Of a DNA stretch of 64,000 nt, positions 53,582-63,247 are shown piece by piece (position 1 is the first letter of the stretch; each line of letters opens with the position of its first letter). The position numbers were made by a program, and so were the translations under genes. The stretch is from an uncultured Gemmatimonadaceae bacterium (GTDB lineage: Bacteria > Gemmatimonadota > Gemmatimonadetes > Gemmatimonadales > Gemmatimonadaceae). Location of the stretch: contig CAWHHI010000003.1 in the NCBI GenBank assembly GCA_963829055.1, positions 96,001-160,000 on the forward strand. Reading direction: 5' to 3'. The notes under the pieces are model-generated. The model was not told the origin of the DNA. It made no database searches and saw nothing but the letters and a program-made list of their open reading frames with translations.

Positions 53582-54397
53582 TCAGAGCACCGTCACCGGC
53601 GTGAAGCGCACTCCGCGAATCTTTCGCGAGCGGAAGAACGCGTACACCGCCGGCCGCACGATTACGCGCCGGCTCGCGAGCGAACGCTTGTCGTGCACCG
53701 GTATCGCCCAGTTGCCTGTACCGAAACGCTCCGAGGTGCGCGCGAAGTCGGGGATCGTCACGACGCCTTCGCCGACGTACGCCGGAATGAACGGCTCGGC
53801 GACGGCGTCGAACCATCCGTCGCAACCACACTGCGCACACGGCGCCTCGGCCCCCGCCCGCCCGCGCACCAGCCCGCGTGCCGCGGCGATCATCGGCGGC
53901 ATCGCATGGTCGATGAGGAGCTGCTTCCACGGGAGCCGATGGCCCTGCATGTCCTCGACGTCGCCGAAGGCAATGCCTGTCAGCGAGCTGCTCTCCATCT
54001 CGCCAGCGAGCGAGTCATGGACGATGATTTCGTCGTCGATGGATCCTACCGGACCGCTCTTCGGGATCTCTTTCCCGGTGATGACGAGCGCCGACGTCTG
54101 CTGCAGGCCGTCGCCGCACGAGCCGCAGACCGCCGACTCATCGTACGTCATCCCGGCGCGCGGGTGCCCTTCGTGGCTGTGATGAATCCACACGAACATG
54201 TGGAGGAGCCGCGCCGCGGAAAGCTCGCGGACAGTCGGCTCGAACACACGATGGACGGTGGGCGGGGGTATGGCGATCGACCGGGCCGCGTGACCGAGCT
54301 TGGAGACGGTTTCCTCGTTCGGGATGCAGAGCTTCTGGAACCCGCTCAGGAGCGCGGGATCGACGACGACGTCGAGCATCCCGGCCTCGAGGAACAT
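53582..54397 (-). CDS. Hypothetical protein with two CxxCG motifs; true start may be GTG 54461 via a frameshift
   Basis: CGSCG and CAQCG motifs; fills the gap between minus-strand genes. Confidence 0.6.
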   Translation of the reverse strand: MFLEAGMLDVVVDPALLSGFQKLCIPNEETVSKLGHAARSIAIPPPTVHRVFEPTVRELSAARLLHMFVWIHHSHEGHPRAGMTYDESAVCGSCGDGLQQTSALVITGKEIPKSGPVGSIDDEIIVHDSLAGEMESSSLTGIAFGDVEDMQGHRLPWKQLLIDHAMPPMIAAARGLVRGRAGAEAPCAQCGCDGWFDAVAEPFIPAYVGEGVVTIPDFARTSERFGTGNWAIPVHDKRSLASRRVIVRPAVYAFFRSRKIRGVRFTPVTVL

Positions 54398-54639
54398 TCT
54401 GCTGCGCGCGGCCGCGGTCGTTCGGGAGATAGTTGTACGTGACGTAGATCTTTTCGGGCACGTGATACAAGTCTGGTAACTGTTTGCGCCGCGACGATTT
54501 CGGTTCCTCGCGACACGTGAGCGACGAGGATCCGTGCCCGTTGGAAACGCATCCGTGGCTGCTGCTCGTCGAGCCTGGAAACGGCAACTCACCGCGGATG
54601 ACGGACAGCACGCCAGACGGTTGGGTCGCGAGGTCCAAC

Positions 54640-54895
54640 AGCGACGCAGAATCGCAGGCGGCCGGGAGCGCGCGACGCAGGAGGACGCAGAGCACCGCAA
54701 CACACCTGGAGGCAAGGTCCGTGCTCGCCGAGCCACGAAAAAGGGGAACGGCCTCGGGACGCATTGGCTCGCCGGAGGTCGTTCCCCTCTTTCACAGGCT
54801 CGGCACATCTGCCGGCGTCCCGAGCGGCCGTTTTCTGCGTCCGTTCTGCGTTGCGGCCGCGAAGCGGCCGCCTGCGTATTCTGCGTCGCTGTTGG
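54640..54895. repeat. GACGCAG/CTGCGT inverted short-repeat element
   Basis: Three GACGCAG on the left, TCTGCGT runs on the right; resembles 13085-13195. Confidence 0.6.
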
Positions 54896-54940
54896 AATTG
54901 CGCGCGGATGCGTGGCTCAATGAGGCCGGCAGCCGCGCGA

Positions 54941-56206
54941 TCAGGCCCGCGCCGGCGCGGCAGCTGGGCGCGCAGCCCGGAGACTCGGCCGGAACAGCAC
55001 CGCGAAGATGAGCAGCACCACCAGTGCGCCCATTGACGGCACCAACCAGATCGACCGCCAGTCGTGCGTCACCGTTAGGCAGCTCTTCGCCGCCGCCGCG
55101 GCCGCGTCGCACGCGGGGTTTGGCGCCGAGTACCGGTTCACCACCGCCCCCGACACGAACGCGCCGATGAAGTATCCGACACCGTTCGTGACGAAGTTGA
55201 TGAATCCCTGGGCCGCTGCACGGATACGCTCGCCGGCCTTCTCGTCCGTATAGATCTGCCCCGCCACGAAGAAGAAGTCGTAACACACGCCGTGCAGCAG
55301 GATGCCCGCCCAGAGCAGCCACATCCCGCTGCCCGCGTTCCCCTGGCTGAACGCCAGATAGCGGAGCGCCCACGCCAGCATGCCGACGAGCATGATACCG
55401 CGGATGCCGATCCGCTTGAGCACGAACGGCAGGAGGAGCAGGAAGCCCATCTCGCTCCACTGGCCGAACGACTGGATGAACGCCGGCTCCGGCGCGCCCG
55501 TCTCGTTCAGAAACAGGTTCGCGAACGTGTAGTAGAACTGCAGCGGGATGCAGAGCAGGAACGACCCGACGACGAAGATCAGGAAGTCGCGATCCCTGAG
55601 CAGCGACAGCGCGTCGAGGCCGAACGCGTCACGGGCGTTGAAACGCGTGCCGGCGCCCTTGGGCGGCGTGTGCGGCAGCGCGAACGAGAAGAGACCTAAC
55701 GCGAGTGACCCGATCGCCGCGACGCGCATTGGCAGCGCGAGCGCGTCCGCCTTGAGCACCTTGCCGATCACGATGCCGGCCACGATCCACCCGAACGTGC
55801 CGAGCATGCGGATGATCGGGAAATCCTTGCCCGGATCGCGCACGTGGTGGAACGAGATCGAGTTGGTCAGGGAGAGCGTCGGCATGTAGCACAGCGCGTA
55901 CGCGATCAGCAGCGGGTAGAACGTCGCGAACGTCGTCTGCGTCGACACGAGGTACAAGAGCACGGCGCCCACGATGTGCAGCACCGCGAGCAGCTTCTCG
56001 GTGGCGAAGAACCGATCGGCCACCATCCCGAGCACGAACGGCGACACGAGCGCCGCGATGGCCGTCGCGCCGTACGCGAGGCCGACCTGCTGCGGCGTGA
56101 AGTTGAGCGTCTGCGACAGGTACGTCCCCATCGTCACGAACCACGCGCCCCACACGAAGTACTGCAGGAACATCATGGCCATCAACTTCGCGCGCGTCGC
56201 GGTCAT
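54941..56206 (-). CDS. Nucleoside:H+ symporter family MFS permease (NupG/XapB-like)
   Basis: [41 protein letters not shown]. Confidence 0.9.
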   Translation of the reverse strand: MTATRAKLMAMMFLQYFVWGAWFVTMGTYLSQTLNFTPQQVGLAYGATAIAALVSPFVLGMVADRFFATEKLLAVLHIVGAVLLYLVSTQTTFATFYPLLIAYALCYMPTLSLTNSISFHHVRDPGKDFPIIRMLGTFGWIVAGIVIGKVLKADALALPMRVAAIGSLALGLFSFALPHTPPKGAGTRFNARDAFGLDALSLLRDRDFLIFVVGSFLLCIPLQFYYTFANLFLNETGAPEPAFIQSFGQWSEMGFLLLLPFVLKRIGIRGIMLVGMLAWALRYLAFSQGNAGSGMWLLWAGILLHGVCYDFFFVAGQIYTDEKAGERIRAAAQGFINFVTNGVGYFIGAFVSGAVVNRYSAPNPACDAAAAAAKSCLTVTHDWRSIWLVPSMGALVVLLIFAVLFRPSLRAARPAAAPARA

Positions 56207-56982
56207 GGCAGCGTCCTGATCTTGATGTTGCGGAGCGCGAGCACGCCGTTGTGATCGCCCTGAATGGCCAGGTGGCCGGCTTTCGATCTGCCGTAGTTCG
56301 GCCAGTCCTTGAACTTGCTGGCCTTGACCTTCGCTTCCCAATCCGCGCTCCACAGCTCGTACTGCACCACCTTCTGCCCGTTGAGCCAGTGCTCCACGTG
56401 CGCGCCGCGGGCGATGATGCGCGTGCTGTTCCACTCGCCGGCGGGCTTCACGATGCCAGCGGGCGGCGCGTACAGCGCGTAGGCCGCGGCGGCAGACGTT
56501 AGGCGGTTCTTGCCGTCGGGCGCGTTCGCGTCGTCGAGCAGCTGATACTCCACCGCGCTCCAGTAGACCTTCTCGTATTCCTCGGTCGCCCGATAGAAGA
56601 TCCCGCTGTTTCCGCCCGAGCCTATCCGCCACTCGAGCGCGAGCTCGAAGTCGCCGAACTGGTCATTGGTGAGGATGTCATCGACGCTCGAGTCCTTGGC
56701 GAGCAGACCGTCCGTCACATGCCAGCCGTTAGGCATGGTCGTCGCCTTGTACCCCCGCCACCCGTTCGTCGTCCGCCCATCGAACAGCAGCCGCCACCCC
56801 GCCGCCTGCTCGGCCGCCGTCAGCACGTTGACCGATGTCGGCGTGGCGGTGGAGGCCCGGGGCGTCGTGCCGTTGACGAGAGTGCCGGTCTCACTGCTGG
56901 CCTTGGCGCACCCGGCGCTGACGCCGGCTGCGAGAAGCAGCACCGTGATGCTCGAATCGAGAAGAAGACGACGCGGTCGCAT
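56203..56982 (-). CDS. DUF1080 (3-keto-disaccharide hydrolase-like) lipoprotein
   Basis: Lipobox [32 protein letters not shown]. Confidence 0.88.
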   Translation of the reverse strand: MRPRRLLLDSSITVLLLAAGVSAGCAKASSETGTLVNGTTPRASTATPTSVNVLTAAEQAAGWRLLFDGRTTNGWRGYKATTMPNGWHVTDGLLAKDSSVDDILTNDQFGDFELALEWRIGSGGNSGIFYRATEEYEKVYWSAVEYQLLDDANAPDGKNRLTSAAAAYALYAPPAGIVKPAGEWNSTRIIARGAHVEHWLNGQKVVQYELWSADWEAKVKASKFKDWPNYGRSKAGHLAIQGDHNGVLALRNIKIRTLP

Positions 56983-57147
56983 GAGCCGTGAGTAATGGCG
57001 GCGAGGTGAGCGGTCCTCCCTCGACGGGCGACGCGCTTGCGGGATGTTCGCAGGAGCATGCGCCGCTGAATGGCACGAGGCAAGAGGACCGCGTACGGAT
57101 CGTGCGTGATCGCTCGGCTCCCGTCATCGCCCTTGCAGGACACGCCT

Positions 57148-58206
57148 ATGACTCCGCAACGCTTCAGCGCCATTCTTCTGCTCGCGGGCGGCGTCGCCCT
57201 TGGTGTCGTCCTCGACCGTTCCGCGCGCCAGGTCGTTCGCCCGCTGGAAGCAAACCAGACCAGGGCACAGACGGTCGCCGCGCCAGCACGGAACGCGTCC
57301 GACTCCAATGCCGTGACGCAAGACGAAGCGACGATCATCCGCGTGGCGCGCGAGATCACGCCCACCGTCGTGAGCGTCTCGCAACCGGAGGGCTCGGGCT
57401 CCGGCATCATCGTGAACGGCGACGGCATCATTCTCACCAACGCGCACGTCGTGGGTGCGTCGCGCAACGTGGAAGTCGGACTGGCCGACGGACGCACGGT
57501 CACCGGTCAGGTGGCCGGCGTGGACCGATCCATCGACGTTGCCGTCGTCCGCGTGTCGGCGCAGAATCTCCCCGTCGCGCCCATCGGCGATTCCGACCGC
57601 CTGCAGGTAGGCCAGTCGGCAATCGCGATCGGCAACCCGCTCGGTCTCGAGCGAACGGTGACGAGCGGCGTCGTATCCGCCGTCAACCGGAATCCCCGCG
57701 GCATCAGCCTCGACGGACTCATTCAGACGGACGCCGCGATCAGTCCGGGCAACTCGGGCGGCCCACTGGTGGACTCCCACGGTCGGGTGATCGGGATCAA
57801 CACCGCCGTCCTCCAGGGCGCGGGCGCGACCGGACTCGGGTTCGCCGTCCCGATCAACCTGGCCAACGAGGTCGTTCGGCAGATCCTCACGACCGGCCAC
57901 ATCACGCGCGCATACCTCGGCGTGAGCTTCGCGGACATCGATCAGGAAATCGCCCGTCAGTTCCGACTCCCCGTGAATCAGGGCATTATCGTGGGCGCGG
58001 TGGAACCCGGGTCTCCGGCTGCCCGCGCCGGAATTCGCCCGCAGGACATCATTGTCCGGGGCAACAACACGGCGGTTGCCAGCGGTGGCGACCTGAGACG
58101 GTTGCTGCGCAGCCTCACCCCCGGAACGACGATCCGATTGGAAGTGGTCCGACCTGGCGGTCGGACCACGATCCCTGTGCAGCTCGGTCAGGCACCGACG
58201 ACCTGA
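57148..58206 (+). CDS. HtrA/DegS-like S1C serine protease with one PDZ domain
   Basis: TNAHVV, IQTDAAI.PGNSGGP; AGGA RBS. Confidence 0.92.
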   Translation: MTPQRFSAILLLAGGVALGVVLDRSARQVVRPLEANQTRAQTVAAPARNASDSNAVTQDEATIIRVAREITPTVVSVSQPEGSGSGIIVNGDGIILTNAHVVGASRNVEVGLADGRTVTGQVAGVDRSIDVAVVRVSAQNLPVAPIGDSDRLQVGQSAIAIGNPLGLERTVTSGVVSAVNRNPRGISLDGLIQTDAAISPGNSGGPLVDSHGRVIGINTAVLQGAGATGLGFAVPINLANEVVRQILTTGHITRAYLGVSFADIDQEIARQFRLPVNQGIIVGAVEPGSPAARAGIRPQDIIVRGNNTAVASGGDLRRLLRSLTPGTTIRLEVVRPGGRTTIPVQLGQAPTT

Positions 58207-58286
58207 CGGGAGCCGACAGCCATTCGTGTCGCAGCTCGCGCCTGCTATAATGGTGTCTTTATAGTCCGACACTACTGGCGTCAGGG

Positions 58287-58633
58287 TTAGGCACATCGCG
58301 CCGGGGCCGGTGGGAACTACGATTTTGCGGATGACACCGAAACAGCCGGATACGGCTTTGCATTGACGCTGGCTCTCGCCGGACTCTGACATAATGGGAA
58401 CGGCCGCTCGGGAGACTCCTGCGTCCCGAGCGGCCGTTCCCAAAAATCCCGGCTCGTTGCGGAAGGAGCCAGACCTATCGACGCGGTATCCTGCTTCTTC
58501 CGCGCCATCCGCCAAATCGCAGTTCCCACCGACCGCGGCGCGATGATGCCTCAATGCAAAGCCGTATCCGGTAGTTTCGCAGTACGGATCCGCACAATCG
58601 TAGTTCCCACCGGCCCCAGCGCGATGATCCAGA
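58287..58633. repeat. About 345-bp composite element, copy 2 (inverted)
   Basis: Reverse complement of 19521-19865. Confidence 0.85.
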
Positions 58634-58866
58634 GAGCCGCGGCTATCGCTCCGCACGATCGCCGCCTAGAGAACCTTTTGCCGCGACGGTGTGTCTCACC
58701 CACGCCGTGACCGGACTACCCGTGGTAAGGGTTGTCGTATCGGGGCATAGCGGAGCTTGCGCGCTGATGAGCAACCTCCAATCATCGGTCGCGGTCCGCG
58801 CCTGCTTCCCGTTAGGGCGTGCGCGCCGAGTGTCATCCTCGTCCCATCCTGCAGCCTTAGCCTCCC

Positions 58867-60258
58867 ATGACACGGATCCCGCGCAAGCGATGGATCACCT
58901 TGGCGGTGATTCTCGCGGCCGTTGCTGGTGTGTCGGTCTGGTTGTTCACCCCCGCCAGCGCCAAGACAGATGACTCGGTTCTCGCGCGGGTGAAGAAAGG
59001 CGACTTCCACGTCGTTGTCACCAGCGCCGGTGAGCTCCGCGCGAAGAAGTTCGTGCAGGTGCAGGGACCACTAAACATGCAGCAGGCCGACATCTACCAG
59101 ACGAAAATCTCCACGCTCGTCCCCGAGGGGACGGTCGTGAAGGAAGGTGATGTCGTCGCCGAGCTCGATCGCTCAGGGATAGCGGCGAAGCTGTCCGAGG
59201 TATCGCTCGCACTCCAGAAGGCCGAGGCGCAGCTCACGCAGGCGCAGCTCGACTCCACGCTCAACCTCTCGACGGCGCGTGAGGACATGAAGACGATGGA
59301 GCTCTCGCTCGAGGAGAAGCGCCTCGCGAAGGAGCAGGCCGCCTACGAATCGCCTAGTGTCAAGCGACAGGTCGAGATCGACTACGAGAAGGCCACGCGT
59401 CAGCTCGCGCAGGCGAAGGTCAACTACAAGACGAAGACCGAGCAGGCGATCGCGAAGATGGCGGAAGTCGGCGCCGACGTGCAGCGCCAGCGGAACAAGC
59501 TCAAGAGCGTTCAGGAAGTCCTCGGCGCCTTCACCATCAAGGCGCCGTCGCCCGGCATGGTGATCTACGTGAAGGAGTGGAACGGCAAGAAGAAAGGCAT
59601 CGGCTCGCAAGTCAGTGCCTGGGATCCCACGGTCGCCACGCTTCCGGATCTCGGTCAGATGGAGTCGCTCACGTACGTGAACGAGATCGACGTGCGTAAG
59701 GTCGCGTCGGGCCAGAAGGTCACTATCTCGCTCGACTCCGACCCGACGAAGAAGCTGCCCGGAACGGTGGTCGCGGTCGCGAACGTCGGCGAGCAGCGGC
59801 CTAACGCGGACGCCAAGGTCTTCGAGGTGAAGATCCTGCTCGCGCAGGCCGACACCACGCTCCGCCCGGGCATGACGACGTCGAACGCGATCGAGACCAA
59901 CACGATCAAGAACGCGCTGTTCGTGCCGCTCGAGGCCGTCGCTGTGGAGGGCACGACGCCGTACGTCTACAAGCGCGACGGTGCTCGCGTGACGAAGCAG
60001 CAGGTCGAGACCGGTCTCGCGAACGACAACGAGATCGTCGTCGCGAAGGGGCTCGAGAAGGACGACCGCGTGTTCCTCACCCCGCCGGCCGACCGGGACA
60101 AGATCGAGATGAAGACGTTGCCCGGCGCGAAGCCGGGCACGGGCGGACTGCCGCAGCCGGGTCCCGCCGACACCCCATCCACGGCCAAGCCAGTGCCGGT
60201 GAAGCCGGCGGCACCGGCCGCCACGCCAACGCCATCGGGCGTCGCCACGAAGTCCTGA
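58867..60258 (+). CDS. Periplasmic adaptor (MacA/HlyD-like)
   Basis: N-terminal TM, EG..VK.GD lipoyl half-motifs, coiled coil, LRPGMT. Confidence 0.88.
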   Translation: MTRIPRKRWITLAVILAAVAGVSVWLFTPASAKTDDSVLARVKKGDFHVVVTSAGELRAKKFVQVQGPLNMQQADIYQTKISTLVPEGTVVKEGDVVAELDRSGIAAKLSEVSLALQKAEAQLTQAQLDSTLNLSTAREDMKTMELSLEEKRLAKEQAAYESPSVKRQVEIDYEKATRQLAQAKVNYKTKTEQAIAKMAEVGADVQRQRNKLKSVQEVLGAFTIKAPSPGMVIYVKEWNGKKKGIGSQVSAWDPTVATLPDLGQMESLTYVNEIDVRKVASGQKVTISLDSDPTKKLPGTVVAVANVGEQRPNADAKVFEVKILLAQADTTLRPGMTTSNAIETNTIKNALFVPLEAVAVEGTTPYVYKRDGARVTKQQVETGLANDNEIVVAKGLEKDDRVFLTPPADRDKIEMKTLPGAKPGTGGLPQPGPADTPSTAKPVPVKPAAPAATPTPSGVATKS

Positions 60259-60273
60259 ACCTCCGGACAACCA

Positions 60274-61666
60274 ATGTCGGTTCGTGATCTCGCGCGCGCC
60301 CGCGCCGAGCTGACCGCGCACGTCCTGTTCAGTCTCCGGACGGCCATCGAGGCCGTCGGACACAACACGCTGCGGGCGTCGCTCACCTCACTCGGCATCC
60401 TGTTCGGCGTCGCGTCCGTCATCGCGATGCTCGCGATCGGCAAAGGCGCCGAACAGGAAATCCTGGAGCAGATGAAGCTCCTCGGCTCCAACAACGTCAT
60501 CATCACGCCGCTCGTCGAGCAGAAGGAGGAGAAGGCGAAGGATGACGGCACGAAGGAGCCGAAGAAGTTCTCGCCCGGACTCACGACGCTGGATGCACGG
60601 TCGATCCTCGACGATCGTGCCTAACGTTCGCACGACGAGCGGCGAGGTCGTCCTGCAGACGCTCGTGACGCGCGAGGGCCGGCGCCGGTCCGGCAAGGTC
60701 GTCGGCGTCGACACGACCTACTTCGATCTCCTGAACCTGAACGTCGCCGAGGGCAAGCGGTTCGCGCCCATGCAGGTCGCCGATGGCCTACCCGTCGCGA
60801 TCATCGGGCACGGCGTGAAGACGCGCTTCTTCACGACCGAAGAGCCGATCGGAAAGCCCATCAAGGTCGGCAACGTGTGGCTCACGGTGGTCGGGGTGCT
60901 CGAGGACCGCAAGCTCTCCGACCAGACGTCGCAGAAGCTCGGCATCCGCGACGCGAACATGGACGTCTACGTTCCACTCTCGACGATGCTGCTCCGCTAC
61001 CGGAACCGCGCGCAGGTCACGGAGCGCGACGTGCAGCAGGCGTCGCGCGAGGTCAACGACGACCCTAACGCGACCGCGAACGAGGACGCCGAGCAGCGCG
61101 CCGAGCGCACGAACTACCACCAGCTGGATCGCGTGATCGTGCGCGTGGACGACGCGAGCAAGGTGACCGGCGTCGCCGAGGTGCTGCGGCGCATGCTCAC
61201 GCGCCGGCACAATCAGGTGGTCGACTTCGAGATCAGCGTGCCGGAATTGCTGCTCAAGCAGGAGCAGAACACGAAGCGCCTCTTCAACGTCGTGCTCGCC
61301 GCGATCGCCGCGATCTCGCTCATCGTCGGCGGCATCGGCATCATGAACATCATGCTGGCGTCGATCCTGGAGCGCATCCGCGAGATCGGCGTGCGACGCG
61401 CCGTCGGTGCGAGTCAGAAAGACATCCTCGCGCAGTTCCTCAGCGAGGCGGTGCTCATCAGTCTCGCCGGCGGTGTCGCCGGCATTCTCGTCGGCGGTGG
61501 ACTGAGTCTCGGCATCGAGCGCATCGCCAAGATCAATACGATCGTCTCGTTCTACTCGGTGTTCATCGCCTTCGGGGTCTCGATCACCGTCGGCGTCGTC
61601 TTCGGCTTCGTGCCCGCCTGGCGCGCGGCGAAACAGGATCCGGTGGTATGCCTGCGTTACGAATGA
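60274..61666 (+). CDS. MacB-like ABC permease without ATPase domain; frameshift near 60611
   Basis: LTSLGILFGVASVI, ISLIVGGIGIMNIML, ERIREIGVRRAVGA. Confidence 0.88.
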
Positions 61667-63123
61667 AAGCTATCAGCTATCAGCTATCCGCTATCAGCCT
61701 AACGACGCTGCTTGCCTGTGCGGCGACGCTCCACGGGCAGCAGCCGATGACGCTGCAGCAGGCGATCGATATCGCCCAGAAGCAGGGGCTCCAGGCGCGC
61801 GCGGTGCTCGACACGCGCGAGGCAGCGCGGTGGCGCGACCGGGCATTCAACTCGAGACTCATGCCGCAGGTCTCGCTCTCCGGCACGCTCCCCAACTACG
61901 AGCGCGCCATCATACCGGTGATCCAGCCTAACGGTTCGACAGAGTTCAGGCCGCGCCTAGAGACGACGTCCGCACTGGGACTGACGGTGCAGCAGCCGTT
62001 GCCGTTGACCGGCGGTTCCCTGTTCGTCACCTCGGGACTCTCGCGCGTGAACGTCGGCGGCGACCGGTCGTCTCGGCTCTACAACTCGACCCCGCTGACC
62101 ATCGGGCTCACGCAGAGCATCTTCAGGCCTAACGCGCTGAAGTGGGACGACCGCGAGCAGGATCTGCGCGCCATTGCCGCCGACCGCGAGTACCTCGAGG
62201 CACGCGAGGACGTCGCCGTCAACACGGCCACCGCGTTCTTCGACCTCTTCTCCGCCCGACTCGCGCTCGACAACGCGGCGTCCAAGGTGGCCATCAACGA
62301 CACGCTCTTCAATCTGAACAAGGGTCGGTTCGAGGTCGGAAAGATCGGCGAGAACGACCTGCTCCAGAGCGAGCTCGCCCTGCTCCAGGCCCGCACGTCG
62401 CTCGATGGCGCGAAGCTCGACTTCGCGCGCGCCAACGCCGCGCTGAAGCGCCTGCTGAGCCTTCCGCCTGACGCACCCATCGAGATCACCGCGCCGACCG
62501 ACATTCCGGCGGTGGAAGCCGATACCACCGTTGCAGTCCAGCAAGCGCTTCTCAACCAGAGCCGCACGACGAACACGCAGCTCCAGGCGGTACAGGCGAA
62601 ACGCCGAGTGAACGAGGCCAAGCTCAATAACGGGTTCGGGGCGACGGTGACCGCGACCCTGGGATTGAATCAGCAAGCCCCCGTGCTGAACGAGGCGTAC
62701 CAGGATCTCGCTCAGCGCCAGCAGTTTGGCCTGACCATACAGATGCCGCTGGTCCAGTGGGGCAACCGCAAAGGACAGGTGGAGGCCTCCCGCGCTGACG
62801 AAGACCGGGCCAACACCAATGCGCGCGCCACACGCGACGCGGCGGCCGAGGAGGCGCACTTCGCGGCGTTGCAGCTCGCCCAGTCCGCGCGAAACCTCGC
62901 GCTCTCGGCCAAGGCGGATACGGTCGCGGTCAAGCGGTTCGAGGTGGCCAAGAACCGCTACATCGTCGGCAAGATCGGGATCGACAACCTCTACCTCGCG
63001 CAGAACGAACGGGACGGCGCGCTTCGCGGCTACATCGACGCCCTGCGCGGCTACTGGGCGTCGTACTACCGGCTACGGCGATTGACGCTGTACGACTTCG
63101 CGGAGAAGCGTCCGATCAGATAG
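61663..63123 (+). CDS. TolC family outer-membrane efflux protein
   Basis: Signal peptide; TL..AI..A; two OEP repeats (RFEVG, RYIVG). Confidence 0.88.
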   Translation: MKAISYQLSAISLTTLLACAATLHGQQPMTLQQAIDIAQKQGLQARAVLDTREAARWRDRAFNSRLMPQVSLSGTLPNYERAIIPVIQPNGSTEFRPRLETTSALGLTVQQPLPLTGGSLFVTSGLSRVNVGGDRSSRLYNSTPLTIGLTQSIFRPNALKWDDREQDLRAIAADREYLEAREDVAVNTATAFFDLFSARLALDNAASKVAINDTLFNLNKGRFEVGKIGENDLLQSELALLQARTSLDGAKLDFARANAALKRLLSLPPDAPIEITAPTDIPAVEADTTVAVQQALLNQSRTTNTQLQAVQAKRRVNEAKLNNGFGATVTATLGLNQQAPVLNEAYQDLAQRQQFGLTIQMPLVQWGNRKGQVEASRADEDRANTNARATRDAAAEEAHFAALQLAQSARNLALSAKADTVAVKRFEVAKNRYIVGKIGIDNLYLAQNERDGALRGYIDALRGYWASYYRLRRLTLYDFAEKRPIR

Positions 63124-63125
63124 CG

Positions 63126-63244
63126 GGACTGGGGACAAGGGACTGGGGACTGGGGAAACCTCGGGATGCTACTCTCACGTAGAGAGGCATCCCGAGGTTT
63201 TTCGTTCCCAGTCCCGAGTCCCCAGTCCCCAGTCCCGTCCCCAG
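63126..63244. repeat. Inverted (GGGGACT)n / (AGTCCCC)n arrays around a long hairpin; terminator-like
   Basis: AAACCTCGGGATGC...GCATCCCGAGGTTT stem followed by Ts. Confidence 0.8.
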
Positions 63245-63247
63245 GTC

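Noticed and set aside
2140..60615. Programmed frameshifting in the split genes
   Set aside because: No shared slippery sequence or structure; scattered single indels fit sequencing error.
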